Shown: piece after piece, positions 1 through 10,738 of the stretch | Numbering within the stretch: the stretch's first letter is position 1 | Layout of the letters: every line of letters starts with the position of its first letter | From: Candidatus Omnitrophota bacterium | GTDB taxonomy: Bacteria > Omnitrophota > Gorgyraeia > Gygaellales > Profunditerraquicolaceae | Length of the DNA stretch: 64,000 nt | NCBI GenBank assembly: GCA_043798795.1 | Contig: JAZDOJ010000007.1 | Coordinates: 28,259 to 92,258 of the forward strand | Reading direction: 5' to 3' | Program-made: the position numbers and the translations under genes | Notes under the pieces: model-generated | What the model was told of the DNA's origin: nothing | Databases searched by the model: none | Seen by the model: the letters and a program-made list of their open reading frames with translations, nothing else

Positions 1-1
1 T

Positions 2-262
2 GTGGTGACCGCTGTCAAGGTCCCTCAGGGTATAGACGGAGAGAAGCTGGTCAAGAGCATGCGGGACACCTATGGCGTGACCATCGCGGGCGGACAGTCG
101 GAAATGAAAGGAAAGATTTTTAGGATTGCCCACATGGGTTATATCGAAGAGTTTGATATCATTTTGGGCATCTCTTGTTTAGAAAAAGTGTTACATCAGA
201 TGGGATACAAGTTCTCTTTAGGCGCGGGCGTCAAGGCCGCAGAGGAAATTTTCTTGAAATAA
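2..262 (+). CDS. Class V PLP aminotransferase (serine-pyruvate/alanine-glyoxylate family; likely phosphoserine aminotransferase role), C-terminal part
   Basis: GVTIAGGQ...[11 protein letters not shown]-terminal signature; directly upstream of serA; truncated by the window edge. Confidence 0.85.
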   Translation: MVTAVKVPQGIDGEKLVKSMRDTYGVTIAGGQSEMKGKIFRIAHMGYIEEFDIILGISCLEKVLHQMGYKFSLGAGVKAAEEIFLK

Positions 263-317
263 GGTTAGAAACAGGCATAAAGGTACCCTTAGGAATCTAT
301 TATAACGGGAGTCAAAG

Positions 318-1904
318 ATGATCAAAATATTAGTAAGTGATCCGCTGTCGGAAGAAGGCCTCAAAATACTTAAAGATCGTAAGGAATTTCAGGTGGACGT
401 CAAGACAGATTTAAAACCGGATGCCTTAAAGGAGGCTATTAAGGATTATGATGCCCTTGTGGTCAGGAGCGCCACAAAAGTGACCAAAGATGTCCTTTCT
501 CAGGCGGCCAAGTTAAAAGTGATCGGCCGCGCCGGTGTCGGTTTGGATAATGTTGATTTAGAGGCTGCCACGCAAAAAGGCATCATCGTGATGAATACGC
601 CTGGCGGAAATACCATCTCGACGGCAGAGCATACCATGAGCTTGATTTTAGCGCTCTCCAGGAATATCCCGCAGGCAGACGTCTCTACAAAAAAAGGAGA
701 ATGGGAGCGTTCCAAATTTATGGGTGTGGAGCTTTATGGCAAGGTCTTGGGTATCGTGGGGTTCGGCAGGATTGGTTCAGAGGTAGCCAGGCGTGCTTTG
801 TCTTTCGGCATGAAAGTTCTGGCTTTTGATCCGTTTTTATCCCGGGAGGTGGCTCAGGGGATTGGTGTCGAACTGGTGGAATTAAAAGAGGCCCTGGAGA
901 AGTGCGACTATATCACGGTGCACACGCCTTTAACCGAAGAGACAAAGCACATGATATCCGCGAAAGAATTTGCCATGATGAAGAAAGGCGTACGCGTGGT
1001 CAATTGCGCCCGCGGAGGGATTATTGATGAGTTGGCTCTGGTTGAGGCGATCAAAGAAGGCAAGGTCGCAGGGGCTGCTCTGGATGTGTTTGAAAAAGAA
1101 CCCCTTGCCGCGGATAGCCCGCTTTTACAAGTTGACAATATCATTTTAACGCCCCATCTAGGGGCCTCGACGGAAGAAGCACAAGTGAACGTGGCCGTTG
1201 AGGTGGCCCAGATCGTTGCGGATGCGCTTCTGGGAAAGGGTATCCGTAATGCCGCGAATTACCCTTGTTTGGAGCCGGAGGTTTGCAAGATCATCGAGCC
1301 CTATATCAACCTGGCGGAAAAACTGGGTGCTTTTGGCAGCCAGTTAGCGGAAGGCAGGCTTCTCCAGTTGAATATCTCTTACAGCGGAGATTTCATCCAG
1401 CATGATCTGACGGCTGTGACACTGGCCTTGGTGAAGGGCGTTCTTTCTCCTATTTTACAGGAAACAGTCAACTTTATCAATGCCGTAGCCCTTGCCAAAG
1501 AAAGAGGCATCAAGATCAATGAGTCGAAAACGTCCCAGGAAGGGGAGTTCGTCACCCTGATCCAATTGGAAGTTAAGACCGATAAAGAAACCAGGAAAAT
1601 ATCTGGGACTCTTGCCTCCAATAAGCAGCCCAGGATCGTTAAGATCGACGGATGTTACGTGGAGATGATGCCTCTGGGGGAGGTCGTTTTCATCCAGAAT
1701 TGGGATAAACCGGGTATCATCGGTAACCTGGGTTCGCTTTTAGGCAAGCATAATATCAATATTGCCTCTATGACGTTCGGACGCGAAAAACCGGGCGCCA
1801 AGGCGATCAGCGTATTGAATGTGGACAGCCCTGTCTCAGCGGAGATCGCAGATAAAATAAAGAAGCTGGAGAATATCCTGGCGGTCAAAGTGATTAAGTT
1901 ATAA
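318..1904 (+). CDS. serA: D-3-phosphoglycerate dehydrogenase (long type with ASB+ACT domains)
   Basis: RAGVGLDNVD, GFGRIG Rossmann motif, NCARGGII, TPHLGAST, C-terminal DKPGIIG ACT domain. Confidence 0.97.
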   Translation: MIKILVSDPLSEEGLKILKDRKEFQVDVKTDLKPDALKEAIKDYDALVVRSATKVTKDVLSQAAKLKVIGRAGVGLDNVDLEAATQKGIIVMNTPGGNTISTAEHTMSLILALSRNIPQADVSTKKGEWERSKFMGVELYGKVLGIVGFGRIGSEVARRALSFGMKVLAFDPFLSREVAQGIGVELVELKEALEKCDYITVHTPLTEETKHMISAKEFAMMKKGVRVVNCARGGIIDELALVEAIKEGKVAGAALDVFEKEPLAADSPLLQVDNIILTPHLGASTEEAQVNVAVEVAQIVADALLGKGIRNAANYPCLEPEVCKIIEPYINLAEKLGAFGSQLAEGRLLQLNISYSGDFIQHDLTAVTLALVKGVLSPILQETVNFINAVALAKERGIKINESKTSQEGEFVTLIQLEVKTDKETRKISGTLASNKQPRIVKIDGCYVEMMPLGEVVFIQNWDKPGIIGNLGSLLGKHNINIASMTFGREKPGAKAISVLNVDSPVSAEIADKIKKLENILAVKVIKL

Positions 1905-1921
1905 TGGGAAGTCAAAAAGTA

Positions 1922-3649
1922 ATGAAATTTCACCTCTTTGCTCTTTGCTTTCTACTTTTTTGCGGTACGGCTTATGCCAAGGAAATCGTCATCCTTTACA
2001 CCGGCGAGACGCACGCCATGCTCTACCCCTGCAGCTGTCCGAAGGGGCCAGATGGGGGTCTTGCGCGTCGAGCTACCCTGATCAAAGAAATGAAGGCCCG
2101 ACATCCAGATGCCCTTCTTTTGGATGCTGGTGCTTTTTTTGCAGGAGGCCTGTTGGATGAGTATGCCCAGAATACCCAGCTTGATATGGAGCGCACTGCC
2201 GTCAATCTGGAAGCCATGAAGAAGATGGGGTATGATGCTGTGGCCATAGGAGACAACGAATTCAATTTCGGGGAAAGCTTCCTTTTTGACGCTATCAGCA
2301 AGACGAACCTTCCCTTTTTATCGTGCAATGTCAGGACGCAACAGGCCGAGGGGGTCAAACCGTTCATCATTAAAGATGTGTCGGGCACGAAGATCGGCAT
2401 CATCGGGGTTACGAATCTGGCGGCTCGTAATAAATCAGGGACCTTGCGTTTCAGCGAGCCGAAGCAGGCGGTGAAAAAGGCCGTAGAAGAACTTAAAAGT
2501 ACCGGCGCGGATATCATTGTCCTCTTGAGTCAATTGGCAGAAAACGATGACCTGAGTCTAATAGAAGAGATTAAGGGGATAGATGTTTTGATAGGCTCCC
2601 ATCATCCTTTTAAGGATCAAGCCTTCGTCAAGTTTGAGAATACGCTCCTTTTAAAAACATTCTGGCAAGGCAGAAATCTGGGTGTCGCCACTTTAACCGT
2701 TGAAAACAACGAGTTGACAGAGTTTAAGGTTAATGAGGTGCGGTTATCGGATGAGGTCGCAGACGATGCGGATATTCCGGAGATTCTCCCGCGTTGTTTT
2801 TCCGATCAAAATTGCAGGAGGCAAGGTCTGGCAGGATCCTGCCGGAATCCGGGTACGCCGGAAGCCGATTGTTTATTCAGTGCAGGGCAAAGAATCAGTC
2901 TCGTCGTTATTACAGATAAGTCTTGCGTGACCTGCAATCCGGATGCGGTGATCGACCTTTTGAAGAAGGATTTTCCGGGTCTTGAGCCTGCCTATCTGTA
3001 TTATCCTGAGAAAAAAGCAAAGGACCTGATCAAAGACTTTGATATTTCCAGTTTACCCGCCTATCTCTTAAGCAAAGAAGCTGAAAAAGAAGAGAGATTC
3101 GAGAGTCTCAGAGAGAACTTTCAGGCCCAGGGAGATTTCTATCTGGTCAAACCGACATACAGCGGCATTTCTTACCTTTTTAATAGAAAAAAAATAAAAG
3201 GACGGCTGGATTTATTTATAAGCCTCTACGATCAGAACGCCGAAAAGCTGCTGGAGGTGATTAAGGATTTTAATCCTCAGCTCCATTTTTTGGTTAAGCG
3301 GGATCAGGCAGGATTCGATGCAGCTCAAGGAGAGCCCGAGGTCGAAGAATATTTGCGTGTTGTGTGCGTCCAAAAACATTACCCCCAAAAATTCTGGGAG
3401 TATATCCGTTGCCGCTCGAAGAATATCCACAGCACCTGGTGGGACGATTGTGCCTCTGATTTGGATGCGCGTAAGATCAAAACCTGCGCTAAAGGAGCCG
3501 AAGGCACCTCGCTTTTAAAGGACTATATAGGATTGAGCGAAGAGCTTCGCATCCTTTTCGGTCCAACGTACCTTTTAAATAACCAGGAAATATTTGTTTC
3601 TAACGGTGTGCCTAGCAAAGAAGAGCTGGAGGCCATCATCCAGAAGTGA
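1922..3649 (+). CDS. Secreted fusion: degenerate UshA/5'-nucleotidase-like metallophosphoesterase N-domain (CxC motif), Cys-rich linker, thioredoxin/DsbA-like domains
   Basis: Signal peptide MKFHLFALCFLLFCGTAYA; ILYTGETH..PCSC..GGLARR, DAGAFF, GDNEF; later CVTC motif and GPTYLLN; ATG at 1922 preferred to 1904. Confidence 0.7.
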   Translation: MKFHLFALCFLLFCGTAYAKEIVILYTGETHAMLYPCSCPKGPDGGLARRATLIKEMKARHPDALLLDAGAFFAGGLLDEYAQNTQLDMERTAVNLEAMKKMGYDAVAIGDNEFNFGESFLFDAISKTNLPFLSCNVRTQQAEGVKPFIIKDVSGTKIGIIGVTNLAARNKSGTLRFSEPKQAVKKAVEELKSTGADIIVLLSQLAENDDLSLIEEIKGIDVLIGSHHPFKDQAFVKFENTLLLKTFWQGRNLGVATLTVENNELTEFKVNEVRLSDEVADDADIPEILPRCFSDQNCRRQGLAGSCRNPGTPEADCLFSAGQRISLVVITDKSCVTCNPDAVIDLLKKDFPGLEPAYLYYPEKKAKDLIKDFDISSLPAYLLSKEAEKEERFESLRENFQAQGDFYLVKPTYSGISYLFNRKKIKGRLDLFISLYDQNAEKLLEVIKDFNPQLHFLVKRDQAGFDAAQGEPEVEEYLRVVCVQKHYPQKFWEYIRCRSKNIHSTWWDDCASDLDARKIKTCAKGAEGTSLLKDYIGLSEELRILFGPTYLLNNQEIFVSNGVPSKEELEAIIQK

Positions 3650-3662
3650 GGAGGCAAGAGAG

Positions 3663-4901
3663 ATGACCGATCAACCCAGAATTCATATTATTGATGTGAC
3701 GAACCGCGACGGCGTACAGACGTCCCGTATCTGCTTATCCAAGCTGCAGAAGACCATGATCAACTTGTATCTGAATGAGATGGGCGTGTTTCAGTCAGAA
3801 TTCGGCTTTCCGGTGACGCGCCATGAAACGAACTATTTAAACGCCAACCTCGAGCTGGCAGGGAAAAAAGTCCTTTTGCCCATTCGTCTGGGAGGATGGC
3901 TCAGGGCTACCCCAGAAGACGTCAAGACGGCTTTTCGGCTTGTCCCAAAACTGAAGCACCTGAACCTTTCCATTTCCACCTCTGACCAGATGATAATCCA
4001 TAAATTTAAAGGCAAGCTTGATCATTCCTCAGTGATAAAAGAGATGAGAGAGGGTGTTAAGCATGCTATTCAACAGGGGTGCGAATCTGTCGGTGTCAAT
4101 GCGGAAGACGCCTCGCGCACGAAGATGGATTATCTGATCGAGTTCTCCTCTGCCGCCAAAGAAGCAGGGGCCATGCGCATCCGTTATTGCGATACCTTAG
4201 GTTGCGATACACCTTTTACGATATACGAAAGAATAAGGCTCTTGGCGGAAGCCGTTTCTTTGCCTATAGAGATTCACTGCCACAATGATTTAGGTTTGGT
4301 GGTAGCCAATTCTCTTGCTGGAGCCAAGGCTGCCTTGGATTGCGGTTGCAACGCCTACATCAATACCTGTGTTAACGGAATGGGGGAAAGAGCGGGTAAT
4401 GCAGACCTGGTTTCCGTGATCCTGGCCATAAAATACGGTAACGGCATGCAGGATTACCCGTTGAGCGGATCCGTCAATCTTAAAATGGCCTGGAAGATTT
4501 GCAAGTACGCCTCTTATGCCTTTGGTGTCCCCATTCCTATCAATCAGCCGGGAATTGGCACAAATGCCTTTGCCCATGAATCGGGCATCCATGCGGATGG
4601 CGCCCTGAAGGACAGGCGCAACTACGAACTTTACGATTTTGAAGAACTGGGACGGGGAGACCCCGAGATCATTGAGACGGGCCGCAAGATTACCGCCGGA
4701 GAATATTCAGGGATAAAGGGTTTTAGAAACGTTTACGAAAAGTTGGAGGTCGCATTCAAAGACGACAAACAGGCCACGGAAGTTCTGGAGCTGGTCCGAT
4801 ACGCCAATGTTCATAACCAAAAACCTTTGGTGGATGAGGAGCTCAGGTTCATTGCGAAGTATCCGGATATCGCGCGTAAGATTTTTATGATGGCGCCTTA
4901 A
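3663..4901 (+). CDS. DRE-TIM Claisen-condensing enzyme (homocitrate-synthase-like; probable Re-citrate synthase)
   Basis: DVTNRDGVQ, EDASR, CDTLG, HCHNDLG, GERAGNA, AHESGIH; no regulatory domain; GAGGAGG SD before ATG 3663. Confidence 0.8.
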   Translation: MTDQPRIHIIDVTNRDGVQTSRICLSKLQKTMINLYLNEMGVFQSEFGFPVTRHETNYLNANLELAGKKVLLPIRLGGWLRATPEDVKTAFRLVPKLKHLNLSISTSDQMIIHKFKGKLDHSSVIKEMREGVKHAIQQGCESVGVNAEDASRTKMDYLIEFSSAAKEAGAMRIRYCDTLGCDTPFTIYERIRLLAEAVSLPIEIHCHNDLGLVVANSLAGAKAALDCGCNAYINTCVNGMGERAGNADLVSVILAIKYGNGMQDYPLSGSVNLKMAWKICKYASYAFGVPIPINQPGIGTNAFAHESGIHADGALKDRRNYELYDFEELGRGDPEIIETGRKITAGEYSGIKGFRNVYEKLEVAFKDDKQATEVLELVRYANVHNQKPLVDEELRFIAKYPDIARKIFMMAP

Positions 4902-6182
<1,281 letters not shown>

Positions 6183-6195
6183 GGCCATAAAAGGC

Positions 6196-6224
6196 TTGAC
6201 TATCCCTGAGGCCTGTGTTATATT
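6196..6224 (+). promoter_or_regulatory. Sigma70-type promoter
   Basis: TTGACT (6196-6201), 17 bp, TATATT (6219-6224) with extended TGn; AAAGGAG SD downstream. Confidence 0.75.
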
Positions 6225-6256
6225 GGTTGTGTTCAATTTTAAAAGGAGAAGGTAAG

Positions 6257-6889
6257 ATGAAAAGCAGAATACTGATGTTCTTGGTGGTAGGTTTTCTGGT
6301 CTTGGCTTTATCGGGTTGCACGTTTATTTTCCAAAAGGGCAGACGTTCCGACGTGGAGAAGATCGAAGAGCTTTCGACTCAGTTGGACGAACTCAACCGT
6401 GCGAAGAGGCTTCTTGAAGACAGGCTGAGCCAGGAAATCAAGGATAAGCAGGTTAAGCTGGAGATGTTAGAAAAGGGATTAGTGATTACCGTCGTGGGTG
6501 ACCTTTTGTTTGATTCGGGCAAAGCCAAGGTAAGGTCTGAGGCCTATTCGGTACTGGATAAGGTTTCTACCGTTTTACAGGAGAATCTCGCCAGTTACAA
6601 CGTGGGTATCGAGGGCCACACGGATGACCAACCTATTAAATATTCTGGCTGGAAATCCAACTGGGAATTATCTGCTCATCGGGCCCTCAGTGTTTTAAAT
6701 TATCTGGAGAAGGAAAAAGGCATTGCCGGTTTTCGCCTATCGGCTATAGGTTACGGAGAGCATCATCCCGTTGCGTCCAATGATTCGGCGCAAGGCCGTC
6801 AGCTCAACCGCCGCGTTGAAATCATCGTTTTGCCCAAGCATGAAGGGACGCGCTCCTCGAAAGGATCTGCGGCACCAAAAGTCAAGTAA
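6257..6889 (+). CDS. OmpA/MotB-family peptidoglycan-binding lipoprotein with coiled coil
   Basis: Lipobox LALSGC; LLFDSGKA, IEGHTD, NWELSAHRA, NRRVEI. Confidence 0.88.
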   Translation: MKSRILMFLVVGFLVLALSGCTFIFQKGRRSDVEKIEELSTQLDELNRAKRLLEDRLSQEIKDKQVKLEMLEKGLVITVVGDLLFDSGKAKVRSEAYSVLDKVSTVLQENLASYNVGIEGHTDDQPIKYSGWKSNWELSAHRALSVLNYLEKEKGIAGFRLSAIGYGEHHPVASNDSAQGRQLNRRVEIIVLPKHEGTRSSKGSAAPKVK

Positions 6890-6902
6890 CCAGAGGTAGG
6901 GT

Positions 6903-7307
6903 GTGGAGGAAAACGTAAAATCAAGGCTTATTTTGATTCTGGGGGTCATGACGGTTATATTCTTTATCAGCACGGTGAGCTCTTGCGGTAATGCCTACAG
7001 GAATAAAATGGGGCAGGTTAAAGAGACGTTACAGCGCAAGGCTCTGGAGGAAAAACTGAATTTGATATCTCAGGAGAAAGTGAACCAAGAAGAGAATCTG
7101 GCTAGCCTGCAGAAACAGCTGGATGACGAGAAGGCCGGTCATGAGGCGACTCAAAAAGCACTGGTACAGGAGCAGCTCGTTAATCAAAGTTTGAAGGAAG
7201 AGCTGGTTAAAGTTACTAAACTGAAAGAGGCCCTTGAAGAGGATTTGAAAGAAGCCTTGGTTCAAGGCAAAGGGTCTTCGGCCACGAGTACAAAACCAAG
7301 GCAATAG
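6903..7307 (+). CDS. Membrane-anchored coiled-coil hypothetical protein (possible lipoprotein)
   Basis: GTG start after GAGGT SD; hydrophobic N-terminal segment ending VSSC, then heptad-rich E/K/L/Q helix. Confidence 0.7.
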   Translation: MEENVKSRLILILGVMTVIFFISTVSSCGNAYRNKMGQVKETLQRKALEEKLNLISQEKVNQEENLASLQKQLDDEKAGHEATQKALVQEQLVNQSLKEELVKVTKLKEALEEDLKEALVQGKGSSATSTKPRQ

Positions 7308-7375
7308 AGAAAGCCAATCATTCTTTAAAAGATGAGATAGAGGAGGCAGCAAGAAGGAAAGTGTATTTTTGCAGG

Positions 7376-7398
7376 AAGGGGATTCAATCCCCTTTTTT
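7376..7398 (+). terminator. Intrinsic terminator
   Basis: AAGGGGA-ttcaa-TCCCCTT followed by a T run, downstream of the lipoprotein pair. Confidence 0.7.
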
Positions 7399-7421
7399 AT
7401 TAGCGAGGAGGGCAAGAGACC

Positions 7422-8417
7422 ATGGCGCTATTCCGTAAGATAAAACAAAAAATCAAAGACCTGGTACAAAAAGAAAAGGCAAAAAAACAAGAATCAAAAA
7501 GGGTTCGCAGGGCCGAATCCCAAGAAATAAAAAAAGAAATCCTGGGGGCCCAGGAGATGGCTGTCGAACAGACAAAGTTCTCGCACCCGGAAACAGCACC
7601 TTTTCGTCGCACTCCTCCGACGGATCTGCCTTACCAATACGACCGGGATAGAATGATTCTCCAGGTAAGGGATCCCCGCTGGCTCCACACTTATTGGGAA
7701 GTCGCACCCCCTACCATTGAGAGGCTTAAGAATGATCTGCGGGAGGACTTTTTTAACGCCAAAAGGGTCTTACGCGTTTACGATGTCAGCGACATCGTTT
7801 TTAACGGAGAGAATGCGCACAGCCTTTTTGATATCCAGGTCAACGAATTTGCCAACAACTGGTATATCAACACGCAAGGCCCTGACCGCTCCTGGTGCGT
7901 TGATTTTGGATTATTGCTTGCTTCGGGAAGATTCATTACGATTGTGCGATCGAACGTGGTGCGCACACCTTTAGAGGGGCCTTCCTGGATTACCGACGAA
8001 GAATGGATGATCCCTGACGATATGTTCGCGCGCCTATACGGGATGGGATTTGGGCTGGGTCGCAGTTCCCCTGTGGGAAAGGCCTGGCAGGAGAGAGTGA
8101 GACAGGTGCTTTTTTCAGGAGCTATGGCCTCACCCGGTATGGCCTCGATGGCCAGTCCTGTTAAAAAAGAACTCAAACAAAGAAAATTCTGGCTTTTAGT
8201 TGATTGCGAATTGATTGTCTACGGAGCCACGGAGCCGGGTGCCAAGGTTTCGGTCCAGGGCAAGGAGGTCGCTTTAAGGCCGGATGGGACCTTTACCTTA
8301 AGGTTTGCTTTGCCGGATGGCAGGCAGGTCATGCCAGTTAAAGCTGTATCCTGCGATAAAGTGGAAGAGCGCACGATCACGCCCATTGTTTCCAGAGAAA
8401 CGAAAATCAGCATTTAA
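7422..8417 (+). CDS. DUF4912 domain protein
   Basis: LQVRDPRWLHTYWE, LRVYDVS, RSNVVRTP, C-terminal LIVYGATEP...PDGTF..RFALPDG; adjacent to GH57. Confidence 0.8.
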   Translation: MALFRKIKQKIKDLVQKEKAKKQESKRVRRAESQEIKKEILGAQEMAVEQTKFSHPETAPFRRTPPTDLPYQYDRDRMILQVRDPRWLHTYWEVAPPTIERLKNDLREDFFNAKRVLRVYDVSDIVFNGENAHSLFDIQVNEFANNWYINTQGPDRSWCVDFGLLLASGRFITIVRSNVVRTPLEGPSWITDEEWMIPDDMFARLYGMGFGLGRSSPVGKAWQERVRQVLFSGAMASPGMASMASPVKKELKQRKFWLLVDCELIVYGATEPGAKVSVQGKEVALRPDGTFTLRFALPDGRQVMPVKAVSCDKVEERTITPIVSRETKISI

Positions 8418-8429
8418 CCCCTATCAGAT

Positions 8430-10010
8430 ATGTTAAAAGGATATCTTTGTCTCGTCTTGCACGGCCACCTTCCGTTTGTACGTCATCCGGAACACGAAAA
8501 CTTTCTGGAAGAGGATTGGCTTTACGAAGCGATCACGGAGACCTACATTCCGTTGATCTCTTGTTTCGAGAGATTATGCGAAGAGAAAGTGGATTTCCGT
8601 CTCACCATGACGTTAAGCCCTACGCTGATCTCTATGTTGAACGATCCGCTTCTCCAGGAACGCTACCTGAAACATATCAACAGGCTTATTGAATTAGCGC
8701 ATAAAGAGATCGAGAGGACTTCCTGGCAGGCCGCCTTTCAGAAGTTGGCGATTATGTATTTAAATCAGTTCTGTAAGGCGCGGGATACCTTTGAAAGATA
8801 TAACCGTCAATTAGTCAAGGCATTCAAAAATTTTCAGGATCTGGGAAAAATAGAGATTGTGACATGTGCCGCGACGCACGGTTACTTTCCTCTTATGGAT
8901 GTATGCAGGGCGTCTGTCAGGGCCCAGGTCAAGGTAGCTGTCAGCCAGTATGAATCTGTGTTTGGCAGGAAGCCACGGGGGATATGGCTGCCGGAATGCG
9001 GGTATCATCCCGGCCATGATGAGATTTTAAAGGAGGCCGGGATACGCTATTTCTTCAGTGATGCGCATGGGGTTTTACACGGCACCCCCAGGCCCAAATA
9101 CGGTGTATTTGCTCCGGTCTATTGCAAGGGTACGGGTGTCGCCTGTTTTGGTAGAGATCTGGAATCATCGAAACAGGTATGGAGTTCTATCGAAGGGTAT
9201 CCGGGTGATTATAATTACCGGGAATTTTATCGCGATATCGGTTTTGATCTGGAGTTCGATTACATCAGGCCCTACATCCATCCTGACGGTGTCCGGATCA
9301 ATACGGGGATCAAATATTACCGCATCACCGGCAACCAGAGTCCTAAGGAACCCTATGTCCCGGAATGGGCCACAGAGACGGCGGCTTCTCATGCCGGAAA
9401 TTTCATGTTCAATCGCCAAAAGCAGGCCGCGTACCTTTACGACTTTATGCAAAAACCGCCGATGTTCGTCTCTCCTTATGATGCCGAGCTGTTCGGCCAT
9501 TGGTGGTACGAAGGCCCCCAGTGGCTGGATTTTTTGATGAGAAAGATCGTCTTTGACCAGGATGAGTTGCGTCTTATCACTCCTTCGGAATATTTGGCCC
9601 AGAACCCGCGCCACCAGGTGATCACGCCCTCTTTATCCAGCTGGGGGTGGAAGGGATATAGCGAAATGTGGCTTCAGGGTTCCAATGACTGGATTTATCG
9701 GCATCTGCATGTGGCCTCTGACAGAATGACGGAATTAGCGAAAAGCTTCCCTCAGACGGATGGTTTGCTCAGAAGGGCCTTGAACCAGGCCTTGTGTGAG
9801 CTGCTTCTTGCCCAGAGTTCTGATTGGGCGTTCATCATGGGCACAGGAACGCATACGAGTTATGCGGTACGCCGCACCAAAGAACATCTCTTGAGATTCA
9901 GCCGCCTTTACGAAGATATCAAATCCAGCAGCATAGACCCAAACTGGTTATCCGATATCGAATACAAAGATAACCTATTTCCTAAAATAGATTACCGGGT
10001 CCATCAATAA
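8430..10010 (+). CDS. GH57 1,4-alpha-glucan branching enzyme (DUF1957)
   Basis: HGHLPFVRH, ETYIPL, WLPECGY (nucleophile), PYDAELFGHWWYEG (acid/base), QSSDWAF. Confidence 0.93.
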   Translation: MLKGYLCLVLHGHLPFVRHPEHENFLEEDWLYEAITETYIPLISCFERLCEEKVDFRLTMTLSPTLISMLNDPLLQERYLKHINRLIELAHKEIERTSWQAAFQKLAIMYLNQFCKARDTFERYNRQLVKAFKNFQDLGKIEIVTCAATHGYFPLMDVCRASVRAQVKVAVSQYESVFGRKPRGIWLPECGYHPGHDEILKEAGIRYFFSDAHGVLHGTPRPKYGVFAPVYCKGTGVACFGRDLESSKQVWSSIEGYPGDYNYREFYRDIGFDLEFDYIRPYIHPDGVRINTGIKYYRITGNQSPKEPYVPEWATETAASHAGNFMFNRQKQAAYLYDFMQKPPMFVSPYDAELFGHWWYEGPQWLDFLMRKIVFDQDELRLITPSEYLAQNPRHQVITPSLSSWGWKGYSEMWLQGSNDWIYRHLHVASDRMTELAKSFPQTDGLLRRALNQALCELLLAQSSDWAFIMGTGTHTSYAVRRTKEHLLRFSRLYEDIKSSSIDPNWLSDIEYKDNLFPKIDYRVHQ

Positions 10011-10018
10011 AACTCAAT

Positions 10019-10738
10019 ATGATAGACAAAGATAATCTTCCCAGGCATGTCGCTATCATCATGGACGGGAACGGCCGCTGGGCCAAAGAAAAAGGTTTGC
10101 CGCGTACAGCAGGTCACCGGGAAGGTATAAAACGCGTCCGGGAGATCGTTAAAGCGGCGGCAAAACGGGGGATTGAGGTGGTCACTTTTTTTGCTTTTTC
10201 TACAGAAAACTGGAGCCGGCCGAAGAAGGAAGTCGACATGCTGATACGTTCTCTGAAATTTTTTTTAGACCGCGAAGTCAAGGAATTAAACAAGAACAAT
10301 GTTCGGTTGAAGATCGTCGGCCGGCTGGCCCCCATCCCTGAGAGCCTGCTGAAGAAAGTAAGGGAAGCTGAGCACCTGACCCAAGAGAATACCGGCATCA
10401 CCATGGTCTTGGCTTTGAATTACGGTTCAAGGCAGGAGATATTGGATGCTGCTAAGAAATTCGCCGGTCAGGTCTTGTCGCAAGAAGTAACGATAGACGA
10501 TTTAAACGAAGAAAGGTTTAGCCAATACCTTTACACGGCGGGCCTGCCGGACCCGGATCTGTTGATCCGCACCAGCGGCGAGATGCGAATAAGCAATTTT
10601 CTGCTCTGGCAGCTCTCTTATGCCGAGCTTTATTTTCCTAAAAAATATTGGCCTGATTTTAAAGAAGAAGAACTTTCCAGGGCCCTGGAAGCTTACCAGA
10701 AACGAGAAAGAAGATTTGGCGGTATCCATGCAGACTAG
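10019..10738 (+). CDS. uppS: Undecaprenyl diphosphate synthase
   Basis: HVAIIMDGNGRWA, FSTENW, IRTSGEMRISNFLLWQ. Confidence 0.98.
   Translation: MIDKDNLPRHVAIIMDGNGRWAKEKGLPRTAGHREGIKRVREIVKAAAKRGIEVVTFFAFSTENWSRPKKEVDMLIRSLKFFLDREVKELNKNNVRLKIVGRLAPIPESLLKKVREAEHLTQENTGITMVLALNYGSRQEILDAAKKFAGQVLSQEVTIDDLNEERFSQYLYTAGLPDPDLLIRTSGEMRISNFLLWQLSYAELYFPKKYWPDFKEEELSRALEAYQKRERRFGGIHAD

Noticed and set aside
2020-2040. Selenocysteine in the CxC motif of the UshA-like protein
   Set aside because: Both positions are Cys codons (TGC, TGT); no in-frame TGA was seen.
3663-4901. nifV as evidence of nitrogen fixation
   Set aside because: No nif genes are present; the family includes several other activities.
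6257-6889. Flagellar stator motB
   Set aside because: It has a lipobox instead of the Asp-bearing transmembrane helix, and there are no motA or flagellar genes.
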